Below, piece by piece: positions 34,504 through 45,400 of a DNA stretch of 64,000 nucleotides. The stretch lies in contig BAAIJX010000073.1 of assembly GCA_054600435.1 (NCBI GenBank), positions 1 to 64,000 of the forward strand. The letters are read 5' to 3'. The stretch comes from Neophaeotheca triangularis (taxonomy: Eukaryota). The translations under genes and the position numbers were made by a program. Under the pieces are notes generated by a model. The model worked only from the letters and a program-made list of their open reading frames with translations, was not told the DNA's origin and did no database searches. Position 1 is the stretch's first letter; each line of letters opens with the position of its first letter.

Positions 34504-35949
34504 ATGTCAGCCGCAGCGACTGTGTTCAGCACTTCCTCTAGTTTCCCAGTCGAGTTGGGCAACGGCATTCCAGGAGTGAACTCCGGAGGCGACAGGAAAG
34601 CCAGGTGGAACAGCATACGCTACAACCACAAGCCGCGATCGAGAAATGGCAAAGAGCTTGGCGGCAGGATCAAGCCGGGCAAAGACGGCGATGCGGTGCT
34701 TTCGCTACGAGAAAGAGGCGGAGGAGACGGAGATGGCGTGTTCTGGTATCGTGGACAAGGCCGGCAGGAGGAGGACAACTACGTTCTCGTTCTAAAAGGA
34801 GAGGGCGATGGGAGGGAGATGGTGTTGGAGAAGCTGGGAGGTGGTTACACTTTCAATCTGTTTAGGGAGCCGGAGGAAAGAGATGCTGGAAAGCTGGAGC
34901 AGAAACACCCGCACATTTCGTTGCACGAGCAAGAGCAAGGTGGCGCATGTGCGATTGCAGACGAGGGTGCGGACGACAACGGCGAACCAGACGATTCCAA
35001 CCCTTTCGACTTTAGACATTTCCTTAAATCGCAGCCTCAAGCACCAGCACGGACGACCGGAAGTAGTATCAACACACCCCAAAGTACGGCCGCCCGACCA
35101 GCTCAGAAGCCACCCCAACTAGCAAAGCGACAGCAACAGCAACAAGTTCAACCCGCGCAAAAGAAACGCAAGCCTGCCCTCTCTGCCCAAACAACCACTA
35201 CAGCGTCGACGAAACAGTCCACTGCCTCCCCAGCTCCCAAACGCGCCAAAGCCACTTCCCCCCAACCCACTCAAACAAGCAACCAAGACGTCCCCCGCGT
35301 CCATCTCGACCGCAAAGCCTCCCTCCGCCGACCCTCCGTGCCCGAACTCGACACCAACACAAGTAATAACACCAACGACGAAGACAATGGCGAACTCATA
35401 CTCGAAAACGACACCCCCACCACCGAAAAACCCGCTGCCAACCGTAACAACGCAACGAGCTTGGCTCTAGCTAACGGGAACAACGGCGGCCTAGCCCCGA
35501 AGAGAGTGCCCATGAGTCTGCATACCGCCGTGTCCAGCCCTTCAGGAAGCGCGAGATTACATAGCGCCAGCCCTATGATGAATGCACAACACCACAACAG
35601 GTGTAAGCGAGTCGAAGAGGGAGAGGAGTTTGAACTCGGCGGGGAGGACGATGATGCTGACGACGACGAAGGGGAAGTCGGGGATGGAGGCGTTGGACAT
35701 GGTGAGGATGACGATGACGATGCGGATGTGGAGGATTTGGAACTGCCCAGTCCGGCGGCTGTGCATAGGCCTAGTTCTAGTCGGGCGCAGGTTGTGGAGC
35801 AAGGTCGGGAAGGGGAGGGAAATGTAGAGGGTGAGGGCGAGGGCGAGGGTGACGAGGATGATGATTTGGAAAGACAGATGATGATGGCGATGGCGGAGGA
35901 GGGGGATGAGGGGCTGGCCGAGGAGAGCGAGGAGAGCGAGGAGGAGTGA
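34504..35949 (+). CDS. EAF (ELL-associated factor)-family RNA polymerase II elongation factor-like protein, 481 aa
   Basis: N-terminal SIRYNHKP...YVLV...LEKL...FNL pattern, NPFDFRHFL, disordered middle and very acidic tail ending ESEESEEE. Confidence 0.7.
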   Translation: MSAAATVFSTSSSFPVELGNGIPGVNSGGDRKARWNSIRYNHKPRSRNGKELGGRIKPGKDGDAVLSLRERGGGDGDGVFWYRGQGRQEEDNYVLVLKGEGDGREMVLEKLGGGYTFNLFREPEERDAGKLEQKHPHISLHEQEQGGACAIADEGADDNGEPDDSNPFDFRHFLKSQPQAPARTTGSSINTPQSTAARPAQKPPQLAKRQQQQQVQPAQKKRKPALSAQTTTTASTKQSTASPAPKRAKATSPQPTQTSNQDVPRVHLDRKASLRRPSVPELDTNTSNNTNDEDNGELILENDTPTTEKPAANRNNATSLALANGNNGGLAPKRVPMSLHTAVSSPSGSARLHSASPMMNAQHHNRCKRVEEGEEFELGGEDDDADDDEGEVGDGGVGHGEDDDDDADVEDLELPSPAAVHRPSSSRAQVVEQGREGEGNVEGEGEGEGDEDDDLERQMMMAMAEEGDEGLAEESEESEEE

Positions 35950-36420
35950 TTTCGACGCCTTTCTCCGCCGCGGTACTAGGGCAGCTCGCTATGGTAGTAG
36001 CGCAACTGCCCTGCTCGTAGTTTTGATATTTAACGCTAGAGTCTCGGGATTTCTTGGGAATCGAGGAAGTAACTTCACCTCTTTCCTGCTGAATATCTGT
36101 TACGACCAACTCTTGTCAATCTACAACCATGACAGGGTGTTGGAAAGCTTGCATAAAATTTTACGTCGAATCAGGCCTTTCTCGTGACAGTACCACCCTG
36201 GCCCTGTTGAGACCTGTTCGGATGGGAAGAGGCTTGAGTTGCGGAGGCTCACCTCGCGTTTTCGTTTTGAGACATCACTAAGGTGAGTGGATGGCGGCAC
36301 TACCTAGAATCTTGCCGTGGCTGTCTATGCTGCCCACAACTTGAGGGAAAGACATGACCATCTCCAAGTTTCATAGCCTACCTAACAAATCTATGCGAAC
36401 CGCAATCTACCCACCAAACT

Positions 36421-37834
36421 CTAAGCAACAACGCCGTTCGCTTCCCTCTCCCTGACCTCCTCCTCCTCATTTCCCTTTCCCTTCCCCCCCTTCCCCCCGT
36501 AAACCTCCCCCAAAACCCGTTCCAACTCCGCCAAAAACCGCGTCACCTCCTTCTCCGTGCCGACGGTAACGCGCAAACACCCTTCGCACCCGACCTCTTT
36601 CCCCCTGAACCTCACAACCACACCCCTCGTCTCGGCCAAGCGCTCGTAAACCGCCACGGCAACCTCATTACTCGGTTTTCCGCCGGGTCGGTCCAGCATC
36701 TCCACGAGCAAAAAGTTGGAATCCGCGCCACCCAGGAAATCCCCCACGCCGGGGATCCGCGGCATAGCCCGCAGCAAGCGGTCGCGCTGGTCGACGATTT
36801 TGCGGACGTTGGAGTCCATGACTTGCAAACCTGGGGCGCCGAGGGCTTGCTGCGCGAGCTCCGAAGTCGGGTTGGAGATGTTGTAGGGCGCTTTGAGGGA
36901 GTTGAGGAGGCGGGCGACGGGGGCTGCGGCGAATGCTACTCCCAAGCGGATTCCGGCGAGGCCGAAAGCTTTGGAGAGGGTCTGCAGGACGACGAGGTTG
37001 GGCCATTCGAGTACCCATTCTGCGAGAGAGGAGCCTGGGGGGGAGAAGTCGATGTAGGCTTCGTCGAGGACGACTAGGCCGTTCCAGGTCGGGTGGGTTA
37101 GGAGGGGGATGAGGTCGGTTTTGCGGATGAGGTTGGCGGTCGGGTTGCCTGGGGAGGTGATGTAGATCATTTTGATTTCGGGGTGGGCGGTTAGGGTTTC
37201 GTTGATGGCCGTTGTGTGGAGGGAGAAGTCGTCCGAGGCGTTGAGGGGCACTTTGATGATGCCGACGTCGTTGGTTTGCGCGGAGACGCTGTACATGCCG
37301 TAGGTTGGGGGGCAGGTTAGAATTTTGTCGACGCCGGGGGTGCAGAAGGCGCGGAGGAGGACGTCGATGGCTTCGTCGCTGCCGACGCCGCAGAAAAGGT
37401 TGGCGGGGGCAAGGGTTTGGCTGGTGTGGTGGTGGGTGTTGCGGAGGTTACAGAAGAGTTGTTTTAGGTCGTGTTGGTGACTGTGAATTATCAGTAGGAG
37501 GGACAGATGGTGGATGCTAGGGAGTGTGTGGCGCACGGGTCAGGGTATCTGTTGAGACCCAGGAGGTCAACTTCGACATTGCGGGCCTCGCCATTTGCTT
37601 GATCGTTGGCAAGTTTTCCATCTTGGCTCAGAGGCAAAGCTGGACCGTAGGCATTCTCGTTTGCGTCGAGGAGGATGTTGGTACCGTCGTCCTTGTAGTC
37701 GCTGGGTCTGAGTCAGCCGTTGGGGGTATCTTGCGTGGCTTGAGATGAAGGTATTGGACTTACTCTCTGGCGCACCTGTATGGCTCGAGGGCCAAGATGT
37801 TGGGCCTGGCACACGTTTCTATATCAAATGGCAT
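36421..37834 (-). CDS. HIS5: Histidinol-phosphate aminotransferase, 3 exons (37834-37764, 37701-37537, 37480-36421)
   Basis: ARPNILALEPYRCARDDY, LLDANENAYG, RYPDP, GVGSDEAID, PPTYGMY, SPGNPT, DEAYIDF and PLP-lysine motif TLSKAFGLAGIRLG. Confidence 0.96.
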
Positions 37835-38411
37835 ATTTGGTTTGTATAGTTTGTAGGTATTGGATTTTTTGGCATGTGTCGATGGTGTAGTTAAACGTTC
37901 ATCGATACTACCTAGGTAGTACTCGTTATGTACTCACTCACACTCTCGGTACATGTACGGATGTTTTTTTTATGCAATGCAAGGTAGATCCGATCTCGCC
38001 GAGAGAGGGACAGGACGGGAGACTTGAGAGTGTGAGACGGAGATCACTTCTCTCTCTCCCGCCCGTCCACCCTGCGCCCAGGCAACGGTTCCACATAATC
38101 TTCACTCTGCACCATCCATCCTACCTTGTCTTATCTTAGCCTTCCTTCAATCATGGACATATACTCGACCGAGTACCACTACTCGCATACAAGCGGGCCC
38201 AGTCCAGTATTACCTTCGACATCACCCCAGCCCGACCATCCTAACGCCGTCTCATTCTGCGCATGTGACCGTCTTGAATGAGCGACAACGCAGATCAAAC
38301 AGAGCAGGGTCCGCTGCATGTTGAAAAACACCACCGGCTAAGCGATCACAGTACGCGCAAACACAGAAACAACCTCTTCACACCGCACCGAGGCCTGCTA
38401 GCACTGGAAGC

Positions 38412-39662
38412 ATGGCCTCCCAACATCAAATTCCCGAAACGCCTCGGGTCATCTCGCCCTCTCCTACACCCTCAGAGAAAGCCGGCGCAGAATACTTTGG
38501 TCCGGAAACCCGAAGCAAAAAGGCACGTCAGATGTCAGTCGAAGCGATACGAGAGCAAAACGACCATGAAGAAGAACCGACAGACCCCGAGCTCGCACGT
38601 GCGCGAACCCGATCACGAAGCCCCCAGATCGAGCGTAAACCCACCGCACCACGGATGACAGCCTTGAACGGGGTAGCCTCAAAAAGCGGCTCAACTGTCA
38701 GAGCCAACACTTCCTCAACCACAACCACAGCCCCGAAACCCACACGACGAAAAAAGTCACCCGAAGACAAAACAACCGACTCCTCCTCCTCTTCCCCCGA
38801 CCTCTCAGAAAAAGAAACCTTCCTCTCCGCCGCCCGCGCCTATACCCCCCTCGGCTACGGCAGCGCCTACTGGCGCAACCTCTCCCGCTCCCCCTCACCC
38901 TTAGGTCTCATCCCCATCCACCGCAGCTGGCGCGCCTTTATCCACAAACACGAAATCCCTCGCAAACTGCTGCACGTCAGCATCGGCTTCGGAACCCTCT
39001 ACCTCCACACTCTTGGCCTCCAACCCTCCCATGTCCATCCCATACTGCTGTCCATGCTGCTCCCCATACTCGCGTGCGACATCATCCGTTTCCGCTGGCC
39101 GGCGTTTAATCGCCTGTACATCCGCCTGTTGGGAGCCTTCATGCGGGAATCCGAGGCCCATGACCGCTACAACGGCGTCATCTCCTACCTAGCAGGCGTT
39201 TACCTCACCCTACGCTTCTGCCACAGAGACGTGGGCATCGTGACCGTGCTGTTGTTGTCCTGGTGTGACACGGCTGCGAGCACTTTCGGCCGGTTATGGG
39301 GTCGCTATACACCGAGGGTTAGGCGGGGCAAGAGCTTGGCGGGAAGTCTGGCGGCTTTGCTGGTGGGTGCGGGGACTGCGGGAGTGTTTTGGGGGCTTTG
39401 TGCACCGGCGAGGGAGGGGGATTTGAGATTGGGAGTGCAGGGGTATGCTTATAAGGGGGTTGTAGGGCTGCCGGAGGGGGTTGGAGAGGGGGTGGGGGTG
39501 GTGGAGGGGCCTGTGGCTTTGGGGTTGTTGGGTTTGGTTACCGGGGTCGTGGTTAGTGTAGCTGAGGCGGTGGACGTTTGGGGACTGGATGATAATTTGA
39601 CGATACCCGTTTTGGCTGGTTTGGGGTTGGAGGGGTTTTTGAAGGTCTTCGGGAGGTGGTGA
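38412..39662 (+). CDS. DGK1: CTP-dependent diacylglycerol kinase, 416 aa
   Basis: RSPSPLGLIPIH, HKHEIPRKLLHVSIG, MRESE..YNGV, LLLSWCDTAASTFGR, GKSLAGS and DDNLTIPV. Confidence 0.93.
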   Translation: MASQHQIPETPRVISPSPTPSEKAGAEYFGPETRSKKARQMSVEAIREQNDHEEEPTDPELARARTRSRSPQIERKPTAPRMTALNGVASKSGSTVRANTSSTTTTAPKPTRRKKSPEDKTTDSSSSSPDLSEKETFLSAARAYTPLGYGSAYWRNLSRSPSPLGLIPIHRSWRAFIHKHEIPRKLLHVSIGFGTLYLHTLGLQPSHVHPILLSMLLPILACDIIRFRWPAFNRLYIRLLGAFMRESEAHDRYNGVISYLAGVYLTLRFCHRDVGIVTVLLLSWCDTAASTFGRLWGRYTPRVRRGKSLAGSLAALLVGAGTAGVFWGLCAPAREGDLRLGVQGYAYKGVVGLPEGVGEGVGVVEGPVALGLLGLVTGVVVSVAEAVDVWGLDDNLTIPVLAGLGLEGFLKVFGRW

Positions 39663-40741
39663 TAAGGCAGGAGCAGGGGACACGGCTGTGCTGGGCTAGA
39701 TCCGCTGGCTTGAGATTGAGACTGGGCTCTAGGATCTTCATAAAATGTAAATGCCCGGATCTGTAACGTACTCCGAGTATGGAGCAATCTACCTTACCTC
39801 CTTGGTCGAGGTTCTTCGTTCAAGTTGCACTTCGACTACTATATCTATCAACTATGTCTCCCTTCCACAATTTGAAGGTAACTGCTTCTCAGTCTCTACA
39901 GTCCTACACAATATCATTTCTCCAATCTTTAATAACGACAGTACCTACTGTAGGTATCTAGTGAAAACAGCCCGTCAGTCATCAGTGACAAACGTCCATC
40001 CCTCGACTAGCGCAAGCCAGCAATCAGCCAATCACGGTAGCAGCTGTCAGTCCAAAGCACAGGCCAGCAATGTCTGACGGCACCTGCATACTAGAGGCAG
40101 CACCCGACCTCCATCTGCGTCCACAGATCCATCTGACTTCACTTATTAACTGTTTCTGTCTGGACTTGAGTGGAAGCTTTTTCGGTTCCAGCACGTGAAC
40201 TCCAACCCAAAGCCTCCTTTCGTGGCAACATCCCCCTCTTTACGAACTTCACACCCTGTCGAAAGATACGCGAGACCAGCATCCGACTTCGGCAACTACC
40301 TAAGTGCAGCTATCAAGCCAGAAGTGAGGGACCGCCACTACGGTGCTTACGTCCAGAACTGCTCACTCGCACACCCACACGAATCTCGACGCTTGTTCCA
40401 TCTCACTTCCTGCCTATCAAAGAGAAAGGGAAGTCGAGGGGTACTGCTTGCTGGCAGTCGGAATTACCTGGTTACCTGGGCGGTTAGCAAGCTACGCGGC
40501 GCAGGCAGCCACCTAAAGCTTCGGAGTAATTTGCTTCATCATTCTACAAGAACACCTGAGTGGATCAGATTGACGCGTGGGGCTATTAGTAAGAGAGAGA
40601 GAGAGTGATACCGACGACACCGACGACACTGAATACGAAGATTGGTCTTGTCGGCTTCACCAACTTTCACCACCAGATCGGATCAGCCCAATTGAATCGG
40701 AACAACTTTACGAATCACCACCAACCACACCAACCCACATC

Positions 40742-41492
40742 ATGTCGACAGCAGCCCGAAGAAGACTGATGCGCGACTTCAAACGCATGCAAACCGATCC
40801 CCCAGCCGGAGTAAGCGCAAGCCCAATCCAAGACAACGTCATGACCTGGTAAGAGCGTCTTCCTGGACTCCCCAAGCAGCAAACGCTGACTCCCTATCCT
40901 CCGTACAACAGGAACGCAGTCATCATCGGCCCCTCGGACACACCCTTCGAAGACGGCACTTTCCGACTCGTTATGCAATTCGAAGAAGCCTATCCCAACA
41001 AACCCCCCGGTGTCAAGTTTATTTCCACAATGTTCCATCCGAATGTCTACAACACTGGGGAGTTGTGCTTGGACATTTTGCAGAATCGCTGGAGTCCCAC
41101 TTACGACGTTGCTGCTATCTTGACTAGTGTGCAGAGGTGAGTTTTAGTGAACAATTTTCTTGTTTTCTTGGAGAGAATTTGGTGAGGGTGGGCCGGATGC
41201 GACGTTGAGTAGAAGAGATGAAGAGGTCATGTTAGGCAATGTAGAAGACAACAGAAACCAGCAATGGGTCTCGGCGACGGAGGTGTGGGATTGGGCTTTT
41301 TGAAGATATGGAAGGACGATACCGTGTTTTTGGGAGTCTATACTAACTTTTATGGGTTTGTCCCGCAGTCTTCTCAACGACCCAAACACTAGCTCCCCTG
41401 CCAATGTCGAGGCGAGCAATCTCTACAAGGACAATAGGAAGGAATACACCAAGCGCGTGCGGGACACGGTGGAGAAGAGCTGGGAGGATTGA
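40742..41492 (+). CDS. RAD6: Ubiquitin-conjugating enzyme E2 Rad6/Ubc2, 151 aa, 3 exons (40742-40848, 40912-41136, 41369-41492)
   Basis: [69 protein letters not shown] and SLLNDPN..SPANVEA. Confidence 0.97.
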
Positions 41493-42497
41493 GTACGGGA
41501 AGGGGTAGCATGGAGGGTGTTTGTGGTAGTTGCTGGCACAAGGGATAAAGCTGGAGTGGGCAAAGTTTCGTGGCTGAGAATTAACGTGGGAAAGGAGGGG
41601 AGTAGAGTGCCGGGGAAGACGACTACTGGTCTTGCGAACAAAGATGAGGGGCCTATGTCCATACGGTTTACCAGCGCGGCGTTCAAGTATGGCGTTCAGC
41701 GGGGAGGGTAGTGTAGCTACATGGTCTACATGGTATGATATGAAGCGAAGGAGTCTGTGGCAGCTTCGATAGGCAATGAATGAACGGGTGCAGTTTTATA
41801 ACAACAAACTCTAAGTACTGTCTCTAGTGTTTTTCCCTGTAAAGTGTTTTAGGCTCTATAGACTAGTGATGATAATGCTGATTCTTGTTATTCCTAGCCT
41901 GTAAGTGTAAAGTACCTACCTAGGTAGATAATAAGGCTGATTCTATCGTTGTCTATATTCTTACGAAAGTGCTCGCGGCACAGATAAGGGTAAGGTAGGT
42001 AGCAAGGTACTATGTAGATAGGTACTGTCTAGTAGGTATAAGGTAGTCTACCAGTATCTCGTACTAGCCCCCCGAGGTCGGCATCTCCAAGCCGCGACAT
42101 CATCCCTGTCCAGATCCACGTGCTTGCGCATATGCACAACGTAGCTCTCAAAACACCCGGATACCTACAAGTAAGGTACTTACTTACCTACTTGGCATTT
42201 TACAAAGTTCGTCTTGCCCTCCACCCTCACGGAAGCAACGGAGTAGCTACAAGGCGCCGCCAATACGACAACAACGACAACGACTTTCTCGTCAAATATT
42301 ACCCTTTCTCCAACCTCAAACAAACCTAGCCGAAGACAACGAGAACCCGCAAGCGCAACCACGCCTACTGTAGCTCCACAACCTCACACTCGACCGCGCG
42401 CACCCTCTGAACCCGAGTGTATTCAACAATGCGCCCCCAATAACCCATCACCGCAGCACTCTGGTCTACCAAAACCCCTGCGTAGGAGCTATCAACG

Positions 42498-45400
42498 ATG
42501 CCCTCCACCTCTCCCGGCCTCGCTTCCCCGGATATGTTCCAACAGGCTTTGCCAGGTGCGGTTGAGGTTTCGTTACAAGGGGTCGCGGCTTTTGTCTTTC
42601 GGGAGAGGAGGTGGATCGCCTATGTGAGTGGGGGGAGGGTTGTTGTTGGCGATTTGACTGGAGGTGGAGGGGTTGGTGGGGGGAGTTGGAGACAAGATGT
42701 TGAGGTTGCTGGGAGGGGAAGAGGAGCAAGGGGAGAGGGGCCGGAGGGGAATGCTGGGGAGGCGGCTGGGATTGATGCGAGGGGACTGTTGAGCGCTATT
42801 GCCGTCGAGAGTGCGGGAGATCAGGGTAGGATTTGTGTCGTGGAGAAGGGAAGAGGGGTTTGGGTTTTGCTGCCGGTTGTGGAGGGCTGGACGAGGGTGA
42901 GGTGGGAGAAGGCTGTGCTGTTGCGGAGTGAGGGAGATAATCAGGGGTCCTGCGCCCTGAGCTGGGGAAACGGCGGCGAAGTGCTGGTCGCCGGGAGCGA
43001 GGCGCTCGAGCTATTTTCCACGCTACCGGCTTCGCGGCATAGTTCTCCGACCAGCTCGCTCAAGGAGCAGCTTCGAGCGCAAGAGGTGGAGGAGCGCGCG
43101 CCGTTGTGGAGGAAGAGTGTCGCTTCGCCTGTGCAGTTTGCGCGGTTCAGTCCGAGCGCGAGCTTGATCGCCACGAGCGGAAAGCACGATCGGTTGGTTA
43201 AGATTTGGCGGCGGCTGTCGTACGAGGAGGGGCTGTTCGATTACGCTTACCTGTCTCATCCGGCTAATGTCACACACCTGGAATGGCGGCCTTTGGACGA
43301 GCACGCGGAAGAGCGTAGGGGCAGTGGAGTGAGTGGGCGTCACGACGATGACCCGGAAGTGCTATTTACCATCGCCAGCGACGGGGTATTGAGGATCTGG
43401 CGGACGGGCGGGATGCACGATCACGATATCATGCTTCTACACACAACCGTGGACTTGGTGGCCGCGATACCACATTCGCCCACACTGACTACGAGTTTCA
43501 CTCACAACAGTAACAAAGATCTCAAAGCCCGTGCACCGAAACCCCCACGCTACGCCTTCGTCCTCCCCGCCGCCGATTTCAGCAAAGCCGTGACCAGCGC
43601 AATAGGCCTCCAACCACCTTCGGCACTCAGCCACTCCCTCGAACACTTGAAAGAGACCTCGTCCAGATTCCCAGACGTGGTCGTGACGCTCGACAACCAG
43701 GGCCGAATGTCCGCTTGGGGTCTGCAGAGTATCGGCCACAAGCGACGACCTGAGACGCCTGGATCAAGAGATGCTTTCCACATTGCACATTGCGAGGATC
43801 TGGAGATGAGGTTTCCTTTGTCCCAGAATGCACGGTTTGAGGCTTGGTTTGAGGGTGGGTCGCTGTGTGTTTTGGCTCATGGGTTTGAGGGGTTTGTCGG
43901 GTGGTGGAAGGGGGGGATTGAGAAGTTTTTCTCGCCTTCTGCGCCCGGGCCTGAGAGGTTGCGATGTGTGGCAAGTTGGTCCGGGATGGGGGGTGGGGTT
44001 GTCGGGTTGAGGAGTTTGGGAGAGAGGGGGTTAGTATTGTCCTGGACGGCTGGCGGTGAGGTCGCGGTGTGGTCGCCAGAGCCCCTGGGTGGTGCCTTGA
44101 TACGGCAATGCACGTTCAAGGTTGGTGCCGTTCCACAAGATGCCATCTTCTTGCATGCTCACGACGCGGTATTGGTGCTTACGGCCGATGAGCTCTGTTT
44201 GTGGAATCTCCGGGGCCGCAAACTTGCGGGTTTCAAACGAGATGGTGGGCTTGCTTCCCCAGCACGTCTGTTGCCTCCAGCAAATTATGGTCAAGCGGAT
44301 CAATGCTATGGAGCAGTATTAGCTGCTTCGAGTACTTCCAGCGAGTATTTACTGGATTTGTCGGCCGACAAGGCAAACACACAACTGGCTCCTGGGAAGG
44401 AATTCACTCTACCGCGGATAGAAGACCACGGCGAGGTTCTGTTTCTGGGGCTCGTGACTTCTACTTCGAGTAAGCAATACTACGTGCTCGTGTTTGAAGA
44501 TGGATTTTTGGCGCGAGTGGAAGACCGTCGCATCCATATCAATGAGAAGTCGCCGAACGGACCTGAAATAACAGCCAGGGGATTTGCTAAAGCCAAATTC
44601 CCAACTGATGTCGCGGGAGCCAAGGTGTTTGCAGCAAATGCCCATTTCGCTGCTCTGGTTTCGGAAGACCGAAAACAATTGTCCATTGTCGAGTTGGGAG
44701 AGGGCTATGTTGAATATCGTTTATCAACGAGCGAGCAAATTCAGCATCTCAGCTTTTTCACCTCTCAGAACGGACACAGTTTAGTCGCTGTTGGTTATCG
44801 TCAGCACGTCGACGTTCTGGCCCAGAGCCGGTACGAGCCAGACGTTGGGCAAGCCTCTTGGCTGCGGGTGACGACTGTGTCGATACAAGAACTTGGCGCG
44901 AGCATAGGAGCATTATCGTGGACGGCAGACGGGAAGGTCATCGTGGCTGCTGGCAACGGCATGCTCGTGGCTAACGATGTCATTGAGAGGAAAGGCCTTG
45001 CTGAAGAAGTTACACAAGCTGGGGATATCCCGGAGCAGGAGCGATTCAAAGTGCACGATTTGATGGGGAGGCTTGCGGGTCCAGTGCCTGTTTGGCATCC
45101 TAGATTACTTTCTTACCTCGTCTTGCATCATGGTGAGACTGGATCTGCTGGGTGCGTGCTCCGACATTTGCTGGCGAAGCTGAAGTTTTGGAGTGAAGGT
45201 GACGAGCTGCCTCCTCTACTAGATATGGAGATAGAGGAGATTTTGACGGCCCGTGGGCAGAATGGCTTGATAGACAGTAGTGTCGTTTCTGGACTGAGCG
45301 AGCAGCTGTCCGAGAAAAAGCTACCCGGGGTCTCCGAGGCCGAACAAGCGAGACTGCGAACAGTCATCAAGACGATAACATACGTCTCGGAACATTCCAA

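Noticed and set aside
37709..37715. TGAGTCA Gcn4/CpcA site in HIS5
   Set aside because: It coincides with the intron branch point (GCTGAC on the minus strand), which explains it.
30695..37834. LEU2 and HIS5 as an amino-acid biosynthesis cluster
   Set aside because: Different pathways, separated by unrelated genes, with no shared regulatory motif found.
41866..41946. Box C/D snoRNA (GTGATGA...CTGA with a short terminal stem)
   Set aside because: No recognisable rRNA or snRNA guide, and the interior is the common CCTA/TAGG motif. A snoscan or Rfam hit would reverse this.
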